Source of the DNA: an uncultured Planctomycetia bacterium
Lineage (GTDB): Bacteria > Omnitrophota > Gorgyraeia > 2-02-FULL-51-18 > JAGOUK01
Length of the DNA: 64,000 nucleotides
Assembly (NCBI GenBank): GCA_964430735.1
Contig: CAYSFB010000009.1
Location: forward strand, 5,492 to 69,491
Reading direction: 5' to 3'
Numbering within the stretch: position 1 is the first letter of the stretch; each line of letters opens with the position of its first letter. Shown here one piece after another: positions 9,690 to 19,702 of the stretch. A program made the translations under genes and the position numbers. The notes under the pieces are model-generated. The model worked only from the letters and a program-made list of their open reading frames with translations. It was not told the origin of the DNA and searched no databases.

Positions 9690-9805
9690 CTCGACGCCCC
9701 GACTGTCTTCAACCCATCAAGAAGACCCCATTTTGTCTAAAATGCTTAAAATTAGCAACTATTGAAAATACTTTTATAGTATGGCATACTCACGCATACG
9801 AAACT
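9690..9805 (+). promoter_or_regulatory. AT-rich putative promoter/operator region upstream of the exopolysaccharide locus; contains the near-palindrome agtatg-g-catact (9778..9790)
   Basis: Sharp AT-rich stretch in a high-GC genome immediately upstream of the first gene of a 20-kb co-directional cluster; 6-bp inverted arms. Confidence 0.35.
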
Positions 9806-11275
9806 ATGTATATGATAACTAAGATTTTTTTCTCCATGGTGCTGGGTATGCTGGCGGTAGCCGTATGGACGGTTGTTGCGGAGGCTAACCCTTCTTTTAA
9901 GGAGGGAAGTCCCGGCTTGGATAACTCCTACTCGTCCAGTTACACCTCCCAGTCGGTTCTTCAGGAATTCAAGCGGGATGTCCGGCTTTTTGAGGAGCGA
10001 TCGATGGCCGCCGCAGAGGCCGTGCCGGCGAAGATTTCTATCGCTGATCCGGAACAGCCTGCCGAGGCGTCGATCTTCAAGTTCCATTCGGGGTTTTCGC
10101 AAACCGCCGTTTACGAATCCAATCTATACGACACCCGGCTTGACCCGATCGACGACCTGATCACGCTTCCGACCGCGTGGATGGGCGTATCCCGCGGAAA
10201 AGAGGGTTTGAGCGAATATTATTTTGAGAGCGATTACGGCGTGACGTACATGGACTATGTCGAGAACGACCAGTTCGATCAAATGAGCCATGTTCATTAC
10301 ACCCGGCTCGACTGGCGGGGCAAGAAGATGACCCTCGGTCTCGAGAATACGTTCTCGCCGTTGTCACCCAAGGGCACGGCCAATCAGCGTGAACTCCAAA
10401 CAGCCGGAGCCTCGCGCAGCGTGATCGCGACCTCGAATGCATTCGTCTTCAAGTCGTCTTATGAGCTTGCACCCAAGTTCACGTTCAGGAACGCCTGGAG
10501 CCATTCTTGGATCTATTACCCCGAAAGCTCCAGCGGCAACAACCGGGCGATCGAGCTTCAGAGCAATCAGATCCATTCCTTGTCTCCGCGGCTGGAATAC
10601 CAGTGGACCGCAAAAACCACGCTTTTTACCAATTATCAGTTCCAGACAGCGGATTACTTCAAGGGCGGGGTTCTGGCTTTTAAGAGTCACGCCGCGACGG
10701 CGGGGTTTGAGACCCAGCTGAACCCCAAGACTTCTTGGATGGCGCAGGCGGGTTATAAGAAGCGCAGCTTCAATCAGCCGGACTTTGCGGACGGACAGCT
10801 TTTTATCTACAGTCTGGCGTTGCGGCGTCAGGTTGCTAAGAAGTTCCAGCTGCTGCTTTCTGTTTCGGGCACGGACGGTGACGGTCCGGACACGACGGAT
10901 CCCGCGGATGCGGCCGCGTCGAACCCGGACAACGGAATCCACACGGTCGATCTCGGCGCCGCGCTCAGCTGGGCTGTTTCAGACCGCATGCAGGTAACGC
11001 TCAATGGCGGGATCGATCTCGAAGCACGGAACGGGGATATCACGCTTCCGGACGCAGACAATACAGCGGCCACTTATACGCGTCAGCGTAAGGATATCGC
11101 CTACAGCTGGGGGATTGGCTGGCGTTGGGCGCGGACCGCGTTCGATGAATATTACATCGGCTACACCTACGACAATCAAAACTCAAGCTTCAAAGACTTT
11201 GAGTTCTCGGAGCATCAGGTGATCGCTTCGGTCAATCTGAATTTGGATGTGATGGGGGTGGGGAATGTCCGTTAA
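9806..11275 (+). CDS. Putative outer-membrane beta-barrel protein with signal peptide, first gene of the EPS locus
   Basis: N-terminal signal peptide MITKIFFSMVLGMLAVAVWTVVAEA. Alternating polar/aromatic strand-like segments (TAKTTLFTNYQFQTADYF). Position immediately upstream of wza. Confidence 0.4.
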   Translation: MYMITKIFFSMVLGMLAVAVWTVVAEANPSFKEGSPGLDNSYSSSYTSQSVLQEFKRDVRLFEERSMAAAEAVPAKISIADPEQPAEASIFKFHSGFSQTAVYESNLYDTRLDPIDDLITLPTAWMGVSRGKEGLSEYYFESDYGVTYMDYVENDQFDQMSHVHYTRLDWRGKKMTLGLENTFSPLSPKGTANQRELQTAGASRSVIATSNAFVFKSSYELAPKFTFRNAWSHSWIYYPESSSGNNRAIELQSNQIHSLSPRLEYQWTAKTTLFTNYQFQTADYFKGGVLAFKSHAATAGFETQLNPKTSWMAQAGYKKRSFNQPDFADGQLFIYSLALRRQVAKKFQLLLSVSGTDGDGPDTTDPADAAASNPDNGIHTVDLGAALSWAVSDRMQVTLNGGIDLEARNGDITLPDADNTAATYTRQRKDIAYSWGIGWRWARTAFDEYYIGYTYDNQNSSFKDFEFSEHQVIASVNLNLDVMGVGNVR

Positions 11276-12209
11276 ACGCCTCAAATGGAATGGGGCTGTT
11301 TGGGTCGGTTTTCTGTCGCTTGTTCTTGCTGCCGCATCCGCTTTTGCTTCCGAAGTGGCTCCGGCTTCTTCCGATTCGGCCGCGGGCGTGATCTTGGCCG
11401 GGGACAAGTTGAACATCCGGGTGTTCCGCGAAGAGGAGTTGACCGGCGTTTGGCACGGATCTTCAGTGGGTTACTCGATCGACGACGCTGGCGATCTGAC
11501 ATTCCCGATGGTGGGGACCATCCATGCCGCCGGTATGAAGATCGAAGAGCTTCAGAAAAATCTCACTCAGCTGCTCGACCAATTCATCGTGAATCCGCAG
11601 GTGAGCATCAGCTTTTATGAAAAAGAAACAAAGGCGAAGGTGAGCGTGATGGGACAGGTGGCGAGGACCGGAAATTATGACTATGTGCCCGGAATGACCA
11701 TTATGCAGCTCATCGCGGAAGCTGGAGGATTTTTGAAGCCCGAACCGTCCGCCGCGGTTTCGGCCCAGTCCCCGGATGTCAGCCGCATTCAGATCACCCG
11801 GCAAGGAGTAGGCGCGTCCGAGAGTGTCCGGATCGTGGACACCCAAGCGATCATGGACGGCCAGTCGCCGGACGTGCCGCTGGAGCCGGCGGATCTCGTG
11901 GTCGTTCCGATCCGTCAAAACCACCTGTCCGGAGACGCTACGGCCTCCGGTTTTGCCTCGGTCCTGGGTCAGGTCAATATGCCGGGCAATTATGAGATCG
12001 CCAAATCCGGAACGTTGGTCCGGCTGATCTCGGATGCCCGTGGATTCACACGGTTGGCGGCTCAGGACCGGGTGATGCTGACGCGCACTTCCGGTGATTC
12101 CGGAAAATCAGCCATGCGCGTGAACGTGACGGCGATCATGAACGGGAAGGCGGAGGACTTGGTCCTCATGCCGGGCGATGTGATCTATGTACCCGAATCG
12201 GAGTTTTAA
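11265..12209 (+). CDS. Polysaccharide export protein, Wza/SLBB family
   Basis: Signal peptide; Poly_export/SLBB-like blocks (MPGNYEIAKSG, PGDVIYVPES). Confidence 0.7.
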   Translation: MSVKRLKWNGAVWVGFLSLVLAAASAFASEVAPASSDSAAGVILAGDKLNIRVFREEELTGVWHGSSVGYSIDDAGDLTFPMVGTIHAAGMKIEELQKNLTQLLDQFIVNPQVSISFYEKETKAKVSVMGQVARTGNYDYVPGMTIMQLIAEAGGFLKPEPSAAVSAQSPDVSRIQITRQGVGASESVRIVDTQAIMDGQSPDVPLEPADLVVVPIRQNHLSGDATASGFASVLGQVNMPGNYEIAKSGTLVRLISDARGFTRLAAQDRVMLTRTSGDSGKSAMRVNVTAIMNGKAEDLVLMPGDVIYVPESEF

Positions 12210-12213
12210 CAAA

Positions 12214-14097
12214 ATGAACTACGAATCGATCGATCATTTGCAGGACATCGACGCAGATCCGGGCAAAACCCTTTCTGAGTATTTGTTGGTCCTCCGGAAC
12301 AATTGGATCTGGATCGCTGCCGGAGCGATGCTGTTCGGATCCGCCGCTTTAGTCCATTCCCTGATGATCCGTGACGAATTCAGCGCGGTCAGCCAGATCC
12401 TGGTCGAAAAAGTGGACCGCAAACCCGACAGCGGCCAGCCGTCCGAGCTGGTGCTGCCGTCGCTGGCCGCGGAAGAGGATTATTTTGGGACCCAGATCGC
12501 AGTTTTGACGTCAAACAAGATCCTGTCTGCAGCGGTTCGATCAGCCGGATTGCCGGAAACCACGCGATTCGCCGTTTTTGGTTCCGCCACGCCGCTCAAA
12601 ATGCTGAGTCAGCCGAAGGTTGGAGCCGGCAGCTTTGTGGTCCAGGCTGAACGTATTAAAAAATCCCGGGTGATCACGCTCACGGTCAAAGGAACCGATC
12701 CCGCCGCCTGCGCCCGCCTCGCCAACGCGATCACTGAGATTTTTATCCGCGAGAACGCGATGGAGAACCTTTTTATCTCAAAGCAGATGTACAAGTGGCT
12801 TGAAGACGAAGAGCGCGGCATCGAATCGGCCGATCCGGCCCGGCGCGAGGAAATGGTCAATTCCCTTCAGACCGTTGTCAATGACCCGGACCTGATCCGC
12901 CTGCGCGCCGCCAAGGATGCGGTGCTCGACCAACTGCGCGATTTTTCGCAACGGTACCGGCCGGCTCATCCCAAGATCAAAGAGTTGAGCCAGTCGCTGG
13001 AAGAGCTGAACAGCGACATTCAAGGCCGCAAGGACATCCTCGTGCAGGGTCTCAAGGAATCTCTCGGCGGGGCTTTGAACATCACCAATATGCGGGTGCT
13101 GGATTCGGCGGTTGAACCGACCGCGCCTTCGAACGAAGGCCGGATGGCGCTGGTGATCCTGGGTATTCTTGGCGGCGCGGCGGCCGGAGCTTCGTTGGTC
13201 CTGATCCGCGAGATCCTGAATCAGAAGATCCGCACCGAGAGAGATCTGCCGCACACAGCTCAGCTGCCGCTTTTGGGACTGATCCCCAAGATCAAGGTGC
13301 TGCAGCAGCCGGATAGCGGGCGCAACGCGGGGATGTACACCTATCTTTTACATAACAATTTGGAATTGCGGGACGCGGTGGTGAATATTCGGACGCATAT
13401 CCTGTTCTCGGTGCCATATGAGCAGTCCCGCCGCATCATGTTCGCCAGTTCCACGCCTTCCGAAGGCCGTTCGACCGTTGCGATGCTGGTCGCATTGTCG
13501 CTTTCGGACATGGGCCGCAAAGTGCTGTTGATCGACGCGGATCTGAGACGGCCTTATTTACATCATTATCTGGGTCTGGATCAGGGTAAGGGGCTTGCGG
13601 ATTATCTGAGCGGAGATGCTTCTGCCGAAGAGGTGGTGCGCATCGTGCCTGGGAATATCCTCAAGGTCATCGCCGGCGGCGAAGCCACCAACAACTCATC
13701 GTCACTGCTCTCATCACCCCGTTTTGACCAACTCATGGATCGTCTCAATACGGAGTTCGACCGGATCATCATCAATGTGCCGCCGATCCTCTATATTCCG
13801 GACGGTCTCATTGTCGGCAAGAGCGTGTCTTGCGCGGTGCTGGTCTGCGCCTCCGGCGTCACTCACAAAGAGAGTTTTATCGCCGCGCGGAACAAGTTCA
13901 TCGCAATGAAGCGGCCGCTGGTCGGGTTTGTGCTGAACCAAATGGACCACAGCCACCATCTTCCGGGCGACGGCGGGGATCAGGAATACCGCGAATACAA
14001 GAACAAATACCTTCAGATAAAGCCGTTCCCTGGCGCTCAGAAGCCAGTTGCCAAATCAGCCGCTGAGAAGTCCCCGCCGCAGGTCAAACAGAACTAA
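12214..14097 (+). CDS. Wzc/BY-kinase-like polysaccharide co-polymerase (chain-length determinant + P-loop domain); Walker A carries Arg in place of Lys
   Basis: N-terminal Wzz-like region with TM helix. C-terminal CpsD-like domain SSTPSEGRSTVAMLVALSLSDMGRKVLLIDADLRRP. Tyr-rich C-terminus EYREYKNKY. Confidence 0.7.
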   Translation: MNYESIDHLQDIDADPGKTLSEYLLVLRNNWIWIAAGAMLFGSAALVHSLMIRDEFSAVSQILVEKVDRKPDSGQPSELVLPSLAAEEDYFGTQIAVLTSNKILSAAVRSAGLPETTRFAVFGSATPLKMLSQPKVGAGSFVVQAERIKKSRVITLTVKGTDPAACARLANAITEIFIRENAMENLFISKQMYKWLEDEERGIESADPARREEMVNSLQTVVNDPDLIRLRAAKDAVLDQLRDFSQRYRPAHPKIKELSQSLEELNSDIQGRKDILVQGLKESLGGALNITNMRVLDSAVEPTAPSNEGRMALVILGILGGAAAGASLVLIREILNQKIRTERDLPHTAQLPLLGLIPKIKVLQQPDSGRNAGMYTYLLHNNLELRDAVVNIRTHILFSVPYEQSRRIMFASSTPSEGRSTVAMLVALSLSDMGRKVLLIDADLRRPYLHHYLGLDQGKGLADYLSGDASAEEVVRIVPGNILKVIAGGEATNNSSSLLSSPRFDQLMDRLNTEFDRIIINVPPILYIPDGLIVGKSVSCAVLVCASGVTHKESFIAARNKFIAMKRPLVGFVLNQMDHSHHLPGDGGDQEYREYKNKYLQIKPFPGAQKPVAKSAAEKSPPQVKQN

Positions 14098-14115
14098 CCT
14101 CCCCCTGAAGCCGTC

Positions 14116-15525
14116 ATGCTGAGGCCCGAGCAGACCACCATCAAGATCATCCAGCACGTGCTGGATCTTTGTGTTTTTGCGGCGGCGTTCGCGGGCGGAT
14201 GGTGGATCCGTCTGCACTGGAGCGTGGATCCGGAAACGCAGTCGATCGGATCTTATTGGACCTTGTTCGTCATTTTTTATTTTGTGAATCAGTCGGCGCT
14301 GTCATATTTTTCATCGTACCAGACGCCCCGGATGCGTTCGTTCACTGATCAATCGTGGATCTATTTTAAAAGTGTTTACGCTTCGTTGGTCCTCATTATG
14401 GCGATCGCGTACACGTTCAAGCCGATCCTTTCGAGCCGGATGATCCTATTGTCCGCGTCGAGCATGGCCTTTTTAATACTGCTTGCCAAGGAGGGCCTTG
14501 TTCGCCGGGTCCTGCAGTCGATCCGCGTGAAGGGTCGTAATCTGAAAAGAGTGCTGTTGGTCGCGGCATCCGAAAAGCAGGTAGTCGAATTCTGCCGAGA
14601 GATCGAGGATAACCCTTTATTGGGACTCCGGATCGAGGGCGTGATCTCGACCGTTCCGACCAATCGGGGGCAGCTGGGAACTCTACCCGTGTTTGGCGAC
14701 ACGAGCATGACTGTCGATATCATCGAAAAGACCGTTGTGGACACGGTCGCTTTTTTGGAACCGATCGGTTCTTCGTGGATCAAGGATCTGATATGGGAGT
14801 GTGAACAAAGGGGGATCGAGGTCTGGGTCAAGCTGGAGGTCGCCGCCGGTCAGATCAGCCGGGTGGCGGTCCAGCACTTGGGCGCCGCGCCGTTCTTGAC
14901 GATGCGGTCGGGTCCGCGGGATATCGGCGCGATCATGATCAAGTACGCGATCGACCGGCTCGCGGCCCTGACGCTTCTACTCCTGCTCTCACCGCTCATG
15001 CTGCTCACGGCCCTTCTGGTCAAGCTCACGTCACCGGGCCCTGTCTTTTTTAAACAGCACCGCGCGACCGTGAATGGCCGCCGCTTTGTTTGCCTCAAGT
15101 TCAGGTCGATGGTCAGCAACGCCGAAGCGCTCAAGGAATCGCTCCAATCCAAGAACGAGATGAAGGGCGTGGCCTTCAAGATGAAAAACGATCCCCGCAT
15201 CACCCCGATCGGCCGGTTCCTTCGCAAATCGAGCATCGATGAGCTCCCGCAGCTGATCAATGTATTGCTGGGCGATATGAGTCTGGTCGGCCCGCGTCCG
15301 ATGTGCGTACTCGAGGCGGCCCGGATCCAGGGCTGGGCGCGCCGCCGGCTGTCGATGAAGCCCGGCATCACCTGCATTTGGCAGGTCACCAAGCGCAGTC
15401 AGACGAAGGACTTTGACGAATGGGCGCAGCTGGACCTGCAGTACATCGACAACTGGTCGCTGTGGCTGGATCTAAGTTTGTTGCTCAAGACGATCCCGGC
15501 TGTGTTGAAGGGGACGGGCGTGTGA
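14116..15525 (+). CDS. Undecaprenyl-phosphate sugar phosphotransferase (WbaP/bacterial sugar transferase family), priming enzyme
   Basis: Multi-TM N-terminus. C-terminal Bac_transf block KRAIDRLAALTLLLLLSPLML...KFRSMV...DELPQLINVLLGDMSLVGPRP. Confidence 0.85.
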   Translation: MLRPEQTTIKIIQHVLDLCVFAAAFAGGWWIRLHWSVDPETQSIGSYWTLFVIFYFVNQSALSYFSSYQTPRMRSFTDQSWIYFKSVYASLVLIMAIAYTFKPILSSRMILLSASSMAFLILLAKEGLVRRVLQSIRVKGRNLKRVLLVAASEKQVVEFCREIEDNPLLGLRIEGVISTVPTNRGQLGTLPVFGDTSMTVDIIEKTVVDTVAFLEPIGSSWIKDLIWECEQRGIEVWVKLEVAAGQISRVAVQHLGAAPFLTMRSGPRDIGAIMIKYAIDRLAALTLLLLLSPLMLLTALLVKLTSPGPVFFKQHRATVNGRRFVCLKFRSMVSNAEALKESLQSKNEMKGVAFKMKNDPRITPIGRFLRKSSIDELPQLINVLLGDMSLVGPRPMCVLEAARIQGWARRRLSMKPGITCIWQVTKRSQTKDFDEWAQLDLQYIDNWSLWLDLSLLLKTIPAVLKGTGV

Positions 15526-16616
15526 TGAGTTCAAGCCTTGTTTCGCCAACACCGGCCGGCGCAGCGTATGATCGTTTTTTGAGCGTCCGTCAGTTCGGAT
15601 CTCTCGACGGGCTTCGGTGTTTGGGTATTTTGGCGGTGTTGGCACATCACTCGGATCTGGCTTCGGCGGCTCGTTATGGAGTCCGGATATTTTTCGTGAT
15701 CAGCGGATTTTTGGTAGCGACATTGCTGATTCGGGAAAGAGAGTCTTCAGGCGTCGTGTCGGTCAGCCGGTTTTGTAAGCGCCGGGCTCTGCGCATTTTT
15801 CCGTTATTTGGAATTGTGCTTGTGGCTTATGCAGTGATCGTAACCATGGGCTGGATGGACGCGGCTCATGCTAAGGCTTTTTGGCAGACGCTGCCTTATT
15901 ACGCCACATTCACCTCCACCTGGTTCGTGGATTGGGCCGGCGGCGGAGATAGTCCGATTTTTTTTGCATGGGCACTGGCCGTGGAGGTGCAGTTCTATTT
16001 GGTTTGGCCGTGGTTCGAAAAGTATCTGAAGGGACGAGCTGTCTATGCGGCTCTGATATTTCTATTCATCGCCTCTCAAACGGCGGCTTATATCATCGGA
16101 CAACGGTACGGTATGGCCTTTGACCGGACCCCGCTTGCGTTGATTATGATCCAGAGCATCCGTCCCGAAATCCTCGGCGGCATTTTTCTTGCCCATACGC
16201 TGCACGACCGGCAAGCGTTTGAGGCTGCGTTCCGGTTGATTGGAAGCCGGTGGCCGTCTCTCATACTCCTGATTTTTGCTGTTTTTGCTTCCGTGGCTGC
16301 GGCGGTGTGGAGTGGTCAATGGACCCAGCTGCTACTGGCCCTCGTTGTGACGGCATTTATCGGAGCCTGCGTGATCCGGGAGGATCATTATCTCGCCCGT
16401 TTTTTAAAGTTGCCTTTTGTCGCCTTCGTCGGTCTGATCAGCTATGGAATTTATCTGACGCACATGCTGGTTAAATGTGCAGTTCTTCGTGTATTTCCGT
16501 CTCTTGAATCGGGATTCCTAGGGCCTTGGGCCTCCTTTGTTTTGACGCTTGCCGGTAGCGTTGCCGTCGCCAGCCTGTCCTTTTATTTTTTTGAACAAAA
16601 GATCAGCCGCAAATGA
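15525..16616 (+). CDS. Acyltransferase family 3 (membrane O-acyl/acetyltransferase)
   Basis: LDGLRCLGILAVLAHH motif typical of acyltransferase-3; ~10 TM segments. ATGA overlap with upstream stop. Confidence 0.7.
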   Translation: MSSSLVSPTPAGAAYDRFLSVRQFGSLDGLRCLGILAVLAHHSDLASAARYGVRIFFVISGFLVATLLIRERESSGVVSVSRFCKRRALRIFPLFGIVLVAYAVIVTMGWMDAAHAKAFWQTLPYYATFTSTWFVDWAGGGDSPIFFAWALAVEVQFYLVWPWFEKYLKGRAVYAALIFLFIASQTAAYIIGQRYGMAFDRTPLALIMIQSIRPEILGGIFLAHTLHDRQAFEAAFRLIGSRWPSLILLIFAVFASVAAAVWSGQWTQLLLALVVTAFIGACVIREDHYLARFLKLPFVAFVGLISYGIYLTHMLVKCAVLRVFPSLESGFLGPWASFVLTLAGSVAVASLSFYFFEQKISRK

Positions 16617-17785
16617 AAAAGATCAGCATTGCCGTGTTTATTGATGCGTTCGGCTGGGAGATCCTCAAGAAGCATTCGTTCTTGGATGATGTACTCACGT
16701 ACCGCCAGCCGCTCAAGTCCATGCTGGGTTACAGCTCGACCTGCGTTCCGACGATCCTCACGGGTCAGTATCCCCAGAAACATGGACACATGTCGTTTTT
16801 CTTTTATTCTCCAAAGACTTCGCCATTCCGTCATTTGCGGTTCCTGCGATGGCTGCCGAAAAGCATCACCTCGCGCGGCCGCGTCCGCCACCTGATCAGC
16901 AAACTGATCAAAAAAGTCCATGGTTACACGGGGTACTTTCAGATCTACAACATCCCGTTCGAGCATATCCATTTGTTTGATTACTCGGAAAAGAACGATA
17001 TTTATGAGCCGGGCGGGATCAATGGCGGCTGCGGCACGGTGTTTGACCGTCTCCGAGAAGCGGGGGCGCCTTTCCATAAATCGGATTGGCGTCAGAACGA
17101 GACGAAGAATTTTGAGGCCGCACGCGCGGAACTGGCGAAGGGCGATATCCGGTTCGCCTATCTGTACTGGGCGGAAATGGACGGGCTGTTGCACGAAGAG
17201 ACCAAGAACGGCGCTCATATCGCCGAGAAGATCCGCTGGTATGAGACCCGGCTGCGCGAGGTTCTCGAGACAGCCCGTCAGAAATACGATGACGTTCAGC
17301 TCACGGTCGTGTCCGATCACGGGATGTGCACTGTCACCGAGCCGATGGACCTGATGAAGGCCGTGGATGGGGCCGGGCTTCGGTTCGGCGAGGATTATGC
17401 GGCCGTGTACGATTCGACGATGGCCCGGTTCTGGTTCCTGAAGCCGGGGTCCCGAGAGAAGATCGAAGCCGTGTTGCGTGCCGAAAAGCGCGGCCGGATC
17501 CTGACCGAGGCCGAGCTCGAGGGTTACGGCTGCTCGTTTGAGAACGCGAAATACGGCGAGCTTTTTTTCCTGGTCAACCCCGGCATGCTGATCTGCCCGA
17601 GCCATATGGGCGAAGACTTTGTGGGCGGGATGCACGGCTATGAACCGGGTCAGCCGGATTCAATGGCAGTCTTCGCAAGCAATACGGCACCTCCCGCGCC
17701 GTTGAGGGATCTCACGGACATTTATCCCGTTTTGCTCCAATCCTGCGGTGTGAACGGGTCTGCCGCCAGAGGAACTCGGTCGTGA
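16613..17785 (+). CDS. Alkaline-phosphatase-superfamily enzyme (type I phosphodiesterase / nucleotide pyrophosphatase-like)
   Basis: FIDAFGWE, STCVPTILTG metal-site motif, VVSDHGM. Cytoplasmic, no signal peptide. Confidence 0.6.
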   Translation: MKKISIAVFIDAFGWEILKKHSFLDDVLTYRQPLKSMLGYSSTCVPTILTGQYPQKHGHMSFFFYSPKTSPFRHLRFLRWLPKSITSRGRVRHLISKLIKKVHGYTGYFQIYNIPFEHIHLFDYSEKNDIYEPGGINGGCGTVFDRLREAGAPFHKSDWRQNETKNFEAARAELAKGDIRFAYLYWAEMDGLLHEETKNGAHIAEKIRWYETRLREVLETARQKYDDVQLTVVSDHGMCTVTEPMDLMKAVDGAGLRFGEDYAAVYDSTMARFWFLKPGSREKIEAVLRAEKRGRILTEAELEGYGCSFENAKYGELFFLVNPGMLICPSHMGEDFVGGMHGYEPGQPDSMAVFASNTAPPAPLRDLTDIYPVLLQSCGVNGSAARGTRS

Positions 17786-18627
17786 AGCCCTTCGTCGTCA
17801 TGCGCGCCCATAACGACATACCGGTGATCGCCGAGACGCTCGCCAAGCTCAAGGCGCAGGACCTGCCGCATGAACTTCTCGTGCTGGACAACGATTCAAC
17901 GGACGGGACTCTGGAAGAGGTCAAAAAATATACGGACCGCATCCTGCGGGTTCCGGCCGGTACCTATGTTCCGGGGCAGGTGTTGAACCGGGGCATGGAA
18001 CATTCGCAGGGCGAAGAAGTGGTGTTTTTGAATTCTGACTGCGCGCCGCAACATGCAGATTGGCTGAGAATATTTCTGGAAAAGTTCCGGCAAAGCCGCG
18101 CCGCCGCCGCTTTTTGCCGTCAGATCGCAAGGCCTCAACACCACCTTCTTTTTCAAAAGGACACGGACGACACATTCGGGGACGGCTCCAAGCAGCAGCG
18201 CTGGCGCCAGTGTTTTTCCATGGCGGCTTCGGCCGTTCGCCGGTCCGCGTGGGAAGGATGCCGCTTCGACGAAGCCATCCAATATTCGGAAGAGATCGAA
18301 TGGACTTGGCGTTTGCGCGGGGCGGGCCACCAAATTCTTTATATCCCGGATGCCGTCGTGATGCACTCCCACAATTACACGCTGCGCCAATGGTACAAAC
18401 GGCAGCGGGGAGAGGGCAAAGCAGAGGCGTCCATTTTTGAATGGTCCGCCTGGCAAAAAAGTCTGATCCGGTATTCGCTGTTGCCATATGGCCGGCAGGT
18501 GGTTCACGACGCGCTCTATTGCTTCAGGCGAGGCCGGCCCGACGCCGCTCTTTATTCCCCGGTTCTGCGCATGGCGCAAATGATCGGCCGCCGCCGCGGA
18601 TTTTTGAGCGGCTTGAAAAAGGGATGA
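17782..18627 (+). CDS. Glycosyltransferase family 2
   Basis: LVLDNDSTDGT and DxD-type GT-A fold N-terminus. Confidence 0.7.
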   Translation: MKPFVVMRAHNDIPVIAETLAKLKAQDLPHELLVLDNDSTDGTLEEVKKYTDRILRVPAGTYVPGQVLNRGMEHSQGEEVVFLNSDCAPQHADWLRIFLEKFRQSRAAAAFCRQIARPQHHLLFQKDTDDTFGDGSKQQRWRQCFSMAASAVRRSAWEGCRFDEAIQYSEEIEWTWRLRGAGHQILYIPDAVVMHSHNYTLRQWYKRQRGEGKAEASIFEWSAWQKSLIRYSLLPYGRQVVHDALYCFRRGRPDAALYSPVLRMAQMIGRRRGFLSGLKKG

Positions 18628-18633
18628 CCGCCG

Positions 18634-19698
18634 ATGTACGCCGTTTCCGGAACCGGAGCCTTCAACGAGCGGTTGGGTCGGGATTTGGAAGCGCTGACGC
18701 GGGAAGTTCGAAGCGTGCTCGGTCCAAATTTGTCCGCCTTGATCCTTGGGGGCGGATACGGCCGCGGTGAAGGCGGCGTCCGTCGGGTGGGAGGATCAGA
18801 GTATCCGTACAACGACTTGGACCTGTTTCTGGTGGTAAAAAACCGGCTTCTGTTGCCGCAGGATCGTCTCCGGACCCTTGTGCGGACTTTGGAGGATAAG
18901 CTCGGCGTGCATGTGGACTTCAGCCGCCCGTTCACGCTGGAGGACATACGGAACTGGCCCTGTGAACTGATGTGGAAAGAGCTTTTGGAGGGGCATCGGG
19001 TCCTCTGGGGTCCGGAGAATGTGTTGACGCAAGCCGCTCCCGACCGGTTGAAAGAGGCTCTGTCGGAGATCGAAGCGTCGAAGCTGCTGCTAAATCGGGG
19101 GGCCGGACTGCTCCGGGCCATTCGCATCGCGTCCGGACACGAGCCTGCGCCCGACGAGGATTTTGTGAGGCGGAACTATTTTAAGTGCGCGCTGGCTTTG
19201 GGGGACGCGCTTCTGATCGCCTACGGTCGTCATCAGACGCAGTATCGGGACAGAGATGAGGCGTTTTCAGGATTGTGCCGCACTCACGAAACGATCCGGC
19301 GGATGAATCTCGATGGAATTTACAGGGAAGCGCTCCACTTTAAGACGCTGCCGAGCGATTTTGAGAGCCGCCAAATAGGTCTGGTCGAGCTGAATGCCAT
19401 GACGGAACAATGGTGCGCGGTTTTTTTGCATGTCGAGTCCGTCAGGACCGGCAGAAGCTGGAGATCGGCCGGGGATTACGCGCGATGGGGAAGCGTTCGG
19501 GAGCCTGCACAGAACGGACCGGCCCGATGGGTCAGGAATTTGATCAAGAACTTAAAAGTGGGGGCGTTATCGCTGAGATATCCGCGAGAGGAAATCTATA
19601 GACTGCTTCCATCTTTGCTTCGGCCGGAACGGCAGGACCCGGTCCGCTGGGCCGCATCAAGCCGCCGTCTGCTGCGGCGTTGGCAGGAAGCAGGTTAG
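18634..19698 (+). CDS. Hypothetical protein with polymerase-beta-like nucleotidyltransferase fold
   Basis: LILGGGYGRGEGG...YNDLDLFLVV matches the minimal NTase motif hG[GS]x(n)DhD. No other recognisable domain. Confidence 0.4.
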   Translation: MYAVSGTGAFNERLGRDLEALTREVRSVLGPNLSALILGGGYGRGEGGVRRVGGSEYPYNDLDLFLVVKNRLLLPQDRLRTLVRTLEDKLGVHVDFSRPFTLEDIRNWPCELMWKELLEGHRVLWGPENVLTQAAPDRLKEALSEIEASKLLLNRGAGLLRAIRIASGHEPAPDEDFVRRNYFKCALALGDALLIAYGRHQTQYRDRDEAFSGLCRTHETIRRMNLDGIYREALHFKTLPSDFESRQIGLVELNAMTEQWCAVFLHVESVRTGRSWRSAGDYARWGSVREPAQNGPARWVRNLIKNLKVGALSLRYPREEIYRLLPSLLRPERQDPVRWAASSRRLLRRWQEAG

Positions 19699-19702
19699 GT
19701 AC

